A stretch of DNA of 64,000 nucleotides from Collimonas sp. GTDB taxonomy: Bacteria; Pseudomonadota; Gammaproteobacteria; Burkholderiales; Burkholderiaceae_D. Below, in pieces: positions 56,649-64,000 of this stretch. Position numbers and translations under genes: made by a program. Position 1 is the stretch's first letter. Every line of letters starts with the position of its first letter. The stretch covers positions 14,098 to 78,097 of the forward strand of contig NZ_JBDTCG010000015.1 of NCBI RefSeq assembly GCF_039923675.1. The letters are read 5' to 3'. The notes under the pieces were generated by a model. The model made no database searches and was not told the DNA's origin. It saw only the letters and a list, made by a program, of their open reading frames with translations.

Positions 56649-57311
56649 ATGAGTTCAACGCAGACCGCACTATTGGACGCGAGCCTGCAGCAAGGTGCAC
56701 AAAAAATAGGCATCACGCTGGATCCGCAGCAAGAACAGCAATTACTGGCTTATCTCAACCTGCTGGCCAAGTGGAACAAGGTCTATAACCTGACTTCGAT
56801 CCGTGAACCGGCGCAGATGATGACCCACCATTTGCTGGACTCGCTCGCGGTGGTGCCGGCCTTCGCTGAAGCCGGGCATGTGCTGGATGTCGGCGCCGGC
56901 GGCGGCTTGCCAGGGATGATCCTGGCGATCTGGGCGGCCAAGGCCAAGCCGTCGATGCGTGTGTCCATGATCGACACGGTGCACAAGAAAACGGCGTTCC
57001 TGACACAGGTGAAAGCCGAGCTGGGATTGAGCAATGTCAGCGTGCATACGGCAAAGGTAGAGCAGCTGCAGGTGACGCAGAAATTCGACGTGATCACATC
57101 GCGTGCGTTTGCCGAGTTGGCCGATTTCATCAACTGGTCGGCGCATTTGTTGACAAATGATGGCCAGTTCATCGCACTGAAAGGCGTCAAGCCGGACGAG
57201 GAAATCGCCCGCTTGCCGGCTGGCTGGCAAGTCACGGAAATAAGGCCGGTGGCGGTGCCCGGGCTGGACGCGGAACGCCATCTGATATTTATCAAGCGCA
57301 GCAATCCATAA
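56649..57311 (+). CDS. rsmG: 16S rRNA (guanine527-N7)-methyltransferase RsmG (GidB)
   Basis: LLAKWNKVYNLTSIREP..., DVGAGGGLPG SAM motif, position after mnmG. Confidence 0.95.
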   Translation: MSSTQTALLDASLQQGAQKIGITLDPQQEQQLLAYLNLLAKWNKVYNLTSIREPAQMMTHHLLDSLAVVPAFAEAGHVLDVGAGGGLPGMILAIWAAKAKPSMRVSMIDTVHKKTAFLTQVKAELGLSNVSVHTAKVEQLQVTQKFDVITSRAFAELADFINWSAHLLTNDGQFIALKGVKPDEEIARLPAGWQVTEIRPVAVPGLDAERHLIFIKRSNP

Positions 57312-57327
57312 CAGGAGCCGGACTACC

Positions 57328-57537
57328 ATGACCGCCTTTTTTCATACTCGCGGCGTGACATTTTTGACGATGGGCGCAATCATTTCCAGTTGCGCATTTA
57401 TTTACGGTAGTCTGTTGGTACTGCTTGGTAACCATGCCGCCAAGCGCCTGGGACACAATCGCCGTATTGCCGCATTCGCCTCCAAGGCCGCAGGATTTTT
57501 CCTGATCGGCTTTGGCATCAAGTTATCAACCAATTAA
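57328..57537 (+). pseudogene. probable C-terminal remnant of a LysE/RhtB-family exporter (69 codons)
   Basis: ...LVLLGNHAAKRLGHNRRIAAFASKAAGFFLIGFGIKLSTN resembles the last two helices of LysE-family translocators, which are normally about 200 aa. There is no room for the N-terminal about 140 aa between rsmG and this ORF. Confidence 0.4.
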
Positions 57538-57556
57538 ATAACGACCTGACCACTAC

Positions 57557-58327
57557 ATGGCAAAAATATTTTGTGTCGCCAATCAAAAGGGCGGAGTCGG
57601 TAAAACCACCACCGCCGTCAATCTGGCCGCCGGCCTGGCGCAGCTGAATCAGCGCGTATTGCTGGCCGATCTGGACCCGCAAGGGAACGCCACGATGGGC
57701 GCGGGAATCAATAAAGGTACGCTGGCCGCCACGATTTATGAAGTGCTGTTGGGGATGTCGGATATCAAGTCGGTACGCAAGACGTCCGAGACCGGCGGCT
57801 TCGATGTATTGCCGGCGAACCGTGAACTGGCAGGCGCCGAAGTGGAAATGGTCGAGCTGGAAAATCGCGAAAAGCGCCTGAAAGATGCATTTGCCAGCGT
57901 TGCCGACGAATACGATTTCATCCTGATCGACTGTCCGCCGGCGCTGTCGATGCTGACCCTGAACGGCCTGTGTGCGGCCAACGGCGTCATCATCCCGATG
58001 CAATGCGAGTACTACGCGCTGGAAGGCTTATCGGACCTGGTGAACACCATCAAGAAGGTGCACGCCAACCTGAATCCGGACTTGAAGATCATCGGCTTGC
58101 TGCGCGTCATGTTCGATCCGCGCATGACTTTATCGCAACAAGTGTCGGACGAACTGGAAAAGCATTTTGGCGACAAGGTATTCAAGACAGTGATTCCGCG
58201 CAACGTGCGTCTGGCGGAAGCGCCGTCGTATGGCATGCCAGGCGTGAGTTTTGATGCCGCTTCCAAGGGCGCGCAAGCTTACATCGCCTTTGGCGCCGAG
58301 ATGGTAGAGCGCATCAAAAGCATGTAG
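57557..58327 (+). CDS. parA: chromosome partitioning ATPase ParA (Soj)
   Basis: MAKIFCVANQKGGVGKTTTAVNLA deviant Walker A, 256 aa. Confidence 0.95.
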   Translation: MAKIFCVANQKGGVGKTTTAVNLAAGLAQLNQRVLLADLDPQGNATMGAGINKGTLAATIYEVLLGMSDIKSVRKTSETGGFDVLPANRELAGAEVEMVELENREKRLKDAFASVADEYDFILIDCPPALSMLTLNGLCAANGVIIPMQCEYYALEGLSDLVNTIKKVHANLNPDLKIIGLLRVMFDPRMTLSQQVSDELEKHFGDKVFKTVIPRNVRLAEAPSYGMPGVSFDAASKGAQAYIAFGAEMVERIKSM

Positions 58328-58358
58328 TGCACAGGTAATACAGGGGTAGTACACATAG

Positions 58359-58424
58359 TTATCCATGGGTTTAACCACAGCTTATTCCCGTTTTATTCAT
58401 GGGTTGCCCACAGAGTTATCCACA
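58359..58424 (+). promoter_or_regulatory. array of six co-oriented DnaA-box-like 9-mers in the parA-parB spacer
   Basis: TTATCCATG (58359), TTAACCACA (58371), TTATTCCCG (58383), TTATTCATG (58393), TTGCCCACA (58404), TTATCCACA (58416, perfect). Start-to-start spacing 12, 12, 10, 11, 12 bp. Confidence 0.5.
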
Positions 58425-58464
58425 GGCCTTTCGGCGTGTAATCAGTAATCTACGGTAGGAAAAG

Positions 58465-59361
58465 ATGGTCACGAAAAAATCAAAAGGACTGGGTCGCGGT
58501 CTCGAAGCTTTACTGGGCGGATCGACCGATATCACAGATGCGGTGCCGACGATTGCCGGCGCACCTTCAGTGTTGGCGGTGACTGTCATGCAGGCCGGCA
58601 AATACCAGCCGCGTACCCGCATGGATGAAGGCGCGCTGGCCGAACTGGCGTCGTCGATCAAGGAGCAGGGCTTGCTGCAGCCGATCCTGGTGCGGCCGAT
58701 TGCTTTGCACAATGGCGCCCAGCACTATGAAATCATCGCCGGCGAGCGCCGCTTCCGGGCGGCGCAGATGGCGGGGCTGATTGAGGTGCCGGTATTGGTT
58801 AAGGATGTTGACGACCAGACCACTGCCGCGATGGCGCTGATCGAAAACATGCAGCGCGAGGACCTGAATCCGCTGGAAGAAGCACAAGGCATCCATCGCC
58901 TTATCACCGATTTCAGCTTCACCCACGAGCAGGCGGCGGTATCGGTAGGGCGCTCGCGCAGCGCGGTATCGAACCTGTTGCGTTTGCTGAACCTGGCCAA
59001 GCCGGTACAAACCATGCTGATGGCGGGCGATATCGACATGGGCCATGCACGGGCGCTGCTGGCGGTCGATGCGGCGACCCAGATCACGCTGGCGAACCAG
59101 GTGGTGGCCAAGCGCATGTCGGTGCGCGATACCGAAAAACTGGTGGCGCGCGCCACCACCGAAGCGGAAGCGGCGAACCGTCCGCCTAAAAATAAAGAAA
59201 AGTCACGCGACATCGCCCGTCTGGAAGAAGAGTTGTCGGATCTGCTGGCGACGCAGGTGACCATCAAGACGGCGGCTAAAAACCGCGGCCAGTTGATTAT
59301 CGATTTTTCCGATCTGGATACCTTGGACGGTCTGATTACTCGCCTGAAAGGTGCGGAGTAA
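58465..59361 (+). CDS. parB: chromosome partitioning protein ParB (Spo0J)
   Basis: KGLGRGLEALL..., ParB box IIAGERRFRAA, HTH region, 298 aa. Confidence 0.95.
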   Translation: MVTKKSKGLGRGLEALLGGSTDITDAVPTIAGAPSVLAVTVMQAGKYQPRTRMDEGALAELASSIKEQGLLQPILVRPIALHNGAQHYEIIAGERRFRAAQMAGLIEVPVLVKDVDDQTTAAMALIENMQREDLNPLEEAQGIHRLITDFSFTHEQAAVSVGRSRSAVSNLLRLLNLAKPVQTMLMAGDIDMGHARALLAVDAATQITLANQVVAKRMSVRDTEKLVARATTEAEAANRPPKNKEKSRDIARLEEELSDLLATQVTIKTAAKNRGQLIIDFSDLDTLDGLITRLKGAE

Positions 59362-59538
59362 GTTACAAAGCGAAACATGGAAGACCGGACGACAGATTTT
59401 TGCGGCTCACCATTTGGGTGCATCAATGCAGATTAATCGTGTAGACGAATTCACGGATTGGTCCCAAAGATTTGATCGGCGAAGGCAATTGGAGCCATTA
59501 TCATTTGTTGTATAAGCTTATGATTCGGCAGCAAAAGT

Positions 59539-59568
59539 TTGACGAAAGCCGCGCCCAGCCTTTATAAT
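59539..59568 (+). promoter_or_regulatory. putative sigma70 promoter of the atp operon
   Basis: TTGACG (59539-44), 18-nt spacer, TATAAT (59563-68), about 135 nt upstream of atpI. Confidence 0.45.
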
Positions 59569-59703
59569 CCTCGGGCTTCTAAATCAGCCGTAGACTGGTA
59601 AGTTCTTAGCAACGGCGTGGTCGTTGCGAGATAACTGCGCTGCATCAACACACTGCAACCGCGTTCTGTTAAGCGAGTCGTTTTCGCACATTATTGGGTC
59701 AGT

Positions 59704-60048
59704 ATGCTGCGCATCGTGCTTATGCAATTTGTTACTACGGTCGTGCTGGCGTGTATCGCAGGTTTGTTAGCCGGCGTACCCGGATTCTGTTCCGCGCTGT
59801 TAGGTGGGGTGTGTTGCGCGGTTCCCAACGGACTGTTTGCTCTCCGTCTTTATATCAGCGCGCGCAAACCAGGCGGCGCCAACCCGATGTCTTTTTTCAT
59901 CGGCGAGTTTGTCAAAATTGCTACAACGATTGCGCTGATTGGCGCGGTCGTATGGTTGTATCACGATTTGAATTGGCCGGCCTTTATCGTCAGCTTCATC
60001 GTGGTACTTAAAAGTTACATAATCTTACTTTTTAGACATCGATCATGA
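59704..60048 (+). CDS. atpI: ATP synthase protein I
   Basis: 114-aa hydrophobic protein directly upstream of, and overlapping (ATGA), atpB. Confidence 0.8.
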   Translation: MLRIVLMQFVTTVVLACIAGLLAGVPGFCSALLGGVCCAVPNGLFALRLYISARKPGGANPMSFFIGEFVKIATTIALIGAVVWLYHDLNWPAFIVSFIVVLKSYIILLFRHRS

Positions 60049-60869
60049 CTGTAGCCCCAAGCGAAGCACTAACCCCCTCAGAATATATCGTCCATCACCT
60101 TGGACATTTTGCCAACGGCCATCAAGTCAAGATAGTCGATTTTTCGATCATCAATATCGACACCATTTTCTGGTCAGTATTCGCCGGCGTGCTCGGCAGC
60201 CTGCTGATGTACCTGGCCGCGCGTAAAGCGACGGCCGGTGTGCCAGGCCGTTTCCAGGCTTTCGTCGAAATGGTGGTCGAGATGGTTGACGACCAGGCCA
60301 AAGGCATTGTGCATGGTGACCGTAGCTTCATCGCACCGCTGGCGTTGACGGTGTTCGTCTGGGTTGCGCTGATGAATTCGCTCGACTTCCTGCCGGTCGA
60401 CATGTTTTCCTTCTTCTTCAAATGGATTGGTTTGGAAGGCGTCATTTCGCATCACCGCGTAGTGCCGACCGCCGACCTCAACGGCACCATGGGTATCGCC
60501 CTGGGCGTGCTGGTGCTGATGCTGTATTACAGCTTCAAGATCAAAGGTATCGGCGGCTTCCTGCATGAACTGGTCGCGGCGCCTTTCGGTATCTGGCTGG
60601 CTCCCGCCAATCTGCTGTTGAACCTGATCGAATTTGCTGCAAAGACTGTATCGCTGGCGATGCGGCTGTTCGGCAACATGTATGCCGGCGAACTGTTGTT
60701 CCTGTTGATCGCGCTGCTGGGTTCCACAGCGACTGCGTTCGGTTTTGTCGGGCACGTGATTGCCGGTTCGATCTGGGCGATCTTCCACATCCTGATCGTG
60801 TTGTTGCAAGCGTTTATTTTCATGATGCTGACCCTGGTGTATATCGGCCAGGCGCATGAGTCGCATTAA
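60045..60869 (+). CDS. atpB: F0F1 ATP synthase subunit a
   Basis: [16 protein letters not shown] motif containing the essential Arg, 274 aa. Confidence 0.95.
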   Translation: MTVAPSEALTPSEYIVHHLGHFANGHQVKIVDFSIINIDTIFWSVFAGVLGSLLMYLAARKATAGVPGRFQAFVEMVVEMVDDQAKGIVHGDRSFIAPLALTVFVWVALMNSLDFLPVDMFSFFFKWIGLEGVISHHRVVPTADLNGTMGIALGVLVLMLYYSFKIKGIGGFLHELVAAPFGIWLAPANLLLNLIEFAAKTVSLAMRLFGNMYAGELLFLLIALLGSTATAFGFVGHVIAGSIWAIFHILIVLLQAFIFMMLTLVYIGQAHESH

Positions 60870-60942
60870 TCGGTTTTGAATCTGGTGTTTTAGTTTTTGT
60901 ATCTGTTTGCGTATTAATTCTTGTATTAATTTTTTGTATTAA

Positions 60943-61221
<279 letters not shown>

Positions 61222-61288
61222 TTTAATCGAGCGTAACCGAATCGGCTGAAAGCATTTCAGCCCACGTTATTCTGAGAAGGAAATTACT

Positions 61289-61759
61289 ATGAACTTAAAT
61301 GCAACATTGCTTGCTCAGTTCGTAGTCTTCTTTATCCTCGCGTTGTTCACGATGAAATTCATCTGGCCGCCGTTGATAAAAGCGCTCGATGAGCGCGCCA
61401 AGAAGATTGCGGACGGCCTGGCAGCCGCGGACCGCGGCAAGGCAGACCTGGCAGCCGCTGAAAAGCGCGCTTCGGCAGAACTGGCAACCGCGCGCGACGA
61501 AGGTCAAAAGCGCATTGGCGACGCTGAAAAGCGCGGCCAGGCGATTGTCGACGAAGCCAAGAAAACTGCTGCTGAAGAAGCTGCTCGTATCATCGCTAAC
61601 GCCAAAGCCGAAGCAGAACAGCAAATGACTAAAGCTCGCGAAGCATTGCGCGGCGACGTTGCGACCCTCGCGGTCAAAGGCGCCGAACAGATCCTCAAGC
61701 GCGAAGTCAACTCTGCTGCTCACGCCGATTTGCTGAACCAACTGAAAACAGAGCTGTAA
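61289..61759 (+). CDS. atpF: F0F1 ATP synthase subunit b
   Basis: N-terminal TM helix plus a long Ala/Glu/Lys coiled coil, 156 aa. Confidence 0.9.
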   Translation: MNLNATLLAQFVVFFILALFTMKFIWPPLIKALDERAKKIADGLAAADRGKADLAAAEKRASAELATARDEGQKRIGDAEKRGQAIVDEAKKTAAEEAARIIANAKAEAEQQMTKAREALRGDVATLAVKGAEQILKREVNSAAHADLLNQLKTEL

Positions 61760-61761
61760 TC

Positions 61762-62301
61762 ATGGCAGAACTTGCAACGATTGCTCGCCCTTATGCAGAA
61801 GCGCTGTTCCGTGTCGCCAAATCGCAAGATCTGACAGCCTGGGCCAACCTGATGTCGGAAATGGGACAAGTGGTGTCCCATCCCGAGGTCAAGGCGCTGG
61901 CGCAAAATCCTGCCGTCTCGCATCAGCAAGCCGCTGATACGTTTCTGGCGCTGTTGAAATCGCCGCAGGCAGCCAGTGCCGAAGTCAAGAACTTCGTCGC
62001 CATGCTGGTTGATAACGGCCGTTTGATGGCGTTGCCGGAAATCGCCGAGCAATTTCATGTGCTGAAGAACGCACAGGAAGGCGCTGCCGATGCTGAGATC
62101 ACCAGCGCTTTCGAAATGACCGAAGCGCAAGTGAAGGATTTGATCGCCACGCTGGAAAAGAAATTCGGCCGTAAGCTGAACCCGTCGGTCACTGTGGATA
62201 ACTCGCTGATCGGCGGTGTCCGCGTAATGGTTGGTGATGAAGTGCTCGACACGTCGGTACGCGCCAAGCTGCAGGAACTGCACGCTGCCCTGGCAGCGTA
62301 A
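61762..62301 (+). CDS. atpH: F0F1 ATP synthase subunit delta
   Basis: [10 protein letters not shown]-terminal OSCP motif, 179 aa. Confidence 0.9.
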   Translation: MAELATIARPYAEALFRVAKSQDLTAWANLMSEMGQVVSHPEVKALAQNPAVSHQQAADTFLALLKSPQAASAEVKNFVAMLVDNGRLMALPEIAEQFHVLKNAQEGAADAEITSAFEMTEAQVKDLIATLEKKFGRKLNPSVTVDNSLIGGVRVMVGDEVLDTSVRAKLQELHAALAA

Positions 62302-62353
62302 TCGGACCTGCTGACGCCATTGCCTAAGCAACGAAAAATATTTAGGAGTTTAT

Positions 62354-63895
62354 ATGCAACTCAACGCGTCTGAAATCAGCGAACTGATCAAGAGCCGGAT
62401 TCAAGGCCTTGGCGATACCGCTGAAATTCGCAATCAAGGCACGGTTATTTCCGTGTCCGACGGTATCTGCCGTATCCATGGTCTGTCTGACGTGATGCAA
62501 GGTGAGATGCTGGAATTCCCGGGCAACACATTCGGCCTCGCGCTGAACCTCGAGCGCGATTCCGTCGGCGCCGTTATCCTGGGCGACTTCGAGCACATTT
62601 CCGAAGGCGATACAGTCAAATGTACCGGCCGTATCCTGGAAGTGCCTATCGGTCCGGAACTGCGCGGCCGTGTAGTGAACGCACTGGGCCAGCCTATCGA
62701 CGGCAAGGGTCCGGTCAACACCAAGCTGACAGCGCCGATTGAAAAGATCGCTCCAGGCGTTATTGCCCGTCAATCCGTTTCGCAGCCAATGCAGACCGGC
62801 ATCAAGTCGATCGACTCGATGGTGCCGATCGGCCGCGGTCAGCGCGAACTGATCATCGGCGACCGTCAAACCGGCAAGACTGCTGTGGCGATTGATGCGA
62901 TCATCAATCAAAAGGGCCAGGACGTGACATGTATCTATGTCGCTATCGGTCAAAAAGCATCGTCGATCAAGAACATCGTGCGCTCGCTGGAAGCACACGG
63001 CGCCATGGAATACACCATCGTTGTTGCTGCATCGGCTTCCGAGTCGGCTGCGATGCAATATCTGTCGGCTTACTCCGGCTGCGCAATGGGCGAATATTTC
63101 CGTGACCGCGGTGAAGACGCGCTGATCGTGTATGACGATCTGTCGAAGCAAGCTGTTGCATATCGTCAGGTATCGCTGCTGCTGCGCCGTCCACCAGGCC
63201 GTGAAGCTTATCCTGGCGACGTGTTCTACCTCCACAGCCGTTTGCTGGAACGCGCAGCACGCGTGAACGAAAAGTACGTCGAAGATTTCACCAAGGGTGA
63301 AGTCAAGGGCAAGACTGGTTCGCTGACTGCTTTGCCGATCATCGAAACCCAGGCTGGCGACGTTTCCGCGTTCGTTCCGACCAACGTGATTTCGATTACC
63401 GACGGTCAGATCTTCCTGGAAACTTCCTTGTTCAACGCCGGTATCCGTCCTGCGATCAACGCCGGTATTTCGGTGTCGCGCGTTGGTGGTGCTGCTCAGA
63501 CCAAAGTGATCAAGAACCTGTCCGGCGGTATCCGTACCGACTTGGCGCAGTATCGCGAACTGGCTGCGTTTGCTCAGTTTGCTTCCGACCTCGACGAAGC
63601 GACCCGCAAGCAGCTGGACCGCGGTGCACGCGTAACCGAGCTGTTGAAGCAGGCGCAATACTCGCCGTTGTCGATTTCGCTGATGGCTGTGACTTTGTTT
63701 GCGGTCAACAAGGGCTTCCTGGACAGCATCGACGTCAAGCAAGTACTGCCGTTCGAAAGCGGTCTGCACAGCTTCATGAAGACCAGCCACGCGCCTTTGC
63801 TGCAAAAGATCGAAGAAACCAAGCAACTCGATAAAGATGGCGAAGCTGCATTGTCCGCTGCCGTTGCTGATTTCAAAAAATCGTTCGTGGCTTAA
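62354..63895 (+). CDS. atpA: F0F1 ATP synthase subunit alpha
   Basis: [13 protein letters not shown] Walker A, 513 aa. Confidence 0.97.
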   Translation: MQLNASEISELIKSRIQGLGDTAEIRNQGTVISVSDGICRIHGLSDVMQGEMLEFPGNTFGLALNLERDSVGAVILGDFEHISEGDTVKCTGRILEVPIGPELRGRVVNALGQPIDGKGPVNTKLTAPIEKIAPGVIARQSVSQPMQTGIKSIDSMVPIGRGQRELIIGDRQTGKTAVAIDAIINQKGQDVTCIYVAIGQKASSIKNIVRSLEAHGAMEYTIVVAASASESAAMQYLSAYSGCAMGEYFRDRGEDALIVYDDLSKQAVAYRQVSLLLRRPPGREAYPGDVFYLHSRLLERAARVNEKYVEDFTKGEVKGKTGSLTALPIIETQAGDVSAFVPTNVISITDGQIFLETSLFNAGIRPAINAGISVSRVGGAAQTKVIKNLSGGIRTDLAQYRELAAFAQFASDLDEATRKQLDRGARVTELLKQAQYSPLSISLMAVTLFAVNKGFLDSIDVKQVLPFESGLHSFMKTSHAPLLQKIEETKQLDKDGEAALSAAVADFKKSFVA

Positions 63896-63912
63896 TTTAA
63901 CTGGAGCACGGA

Positions 63913-64000
63913 ATGGCTACAGGTAAAGAGATACGCAGCAAGATCAAGAGCGTAGAAAATACGAAGAAGATCACCAAGGCGATGGAAATGGTCGCCGCAT
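63913..64000 (+). CDS. atpG: F0F1 ATP synthase subunit gamma, N-terminal fragment; continues beyond the window
   Basis: My translation reads [29 protein letters not shown], the conserved gamma N-terminus. GGAG SD upstream. Confidence 0.85.
   Translation, partial: MATGKEIRSKIKSVENTKKITKAMEMVAA

Overview
This is a 64-kb chromosomal window from a GC-rich Gram-negative bacterium. Gene content and order suggest a betaproteobacterium, Burkholderiales/Oxalobacteraceae-like; that is inference, as no rRNA or tRNA is present to anchor it. The window is mostly housekeeping and metabolic genes. In order they are: a partial AI-2E permease, a secreted histidine phosphatase, a TMEM175-type channel, and a reduced type IV minor-pilin cluster (pilV-pilX-pilY1-pilE). 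Next come a CsoR/RcnR-family repressor, a TctE/TctD-like two-component pair with an orphan TctC/Bug binding protein, and an Fe(III)-type ABC importer. These are followed by a porin, Dcp (M3 peptidase), and a three-subunit membrane flavoprotein-cytochrome c dehydrogenase of the gluconate 2-dehydrogenase type. Then come GTP-PEPCK, FGGY gluconokinase with a LacI/GntR-type repressor, putR-putA, a DUF3300 lipoprotein with tandem repeats, AsmA, and an N-terminally extended aspartate carbamoyltransferase paralogue. The last metabolic block is a LysR-mmsA-GMC oxidoreductase module, a Liv-type ABC importer and a TauE/SafE exporter. The window ends with the classic origin-proximal block mnmG-rsmG-parA-parB-atpIBEFHA(G). 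I saw no CRISPR array, IS element, prophage or recognisable defence system. The most interesting signals are non-coding and concern chromosome replication and segregation. (1) An AT-rich 0.8-kb gap at about 42.9-43.7 kb holds a dense cluster of perfect DnaA boxes arranged as a duplicated ~211-bp module. It is a candidate oriC or DnaA-titration locus. (2) Two perfect canonical parS sites lie upstream of mnmG. (3) A ~240-bp nested palindrome sits between the parS pair and mnmG. (4) The parA-parB spacer is unusually long and carries helically phased DnaA-box-like 9-mers. Many long antisense ORFs in the supplied track are GC-rich shadow frames and were rejected. Some first residues shown as M in the track are non-ATG starts, for example TTG at 7054, so I re-picked starts where an ATG with a Shine-Dalgarno or a signal peptide supports it.
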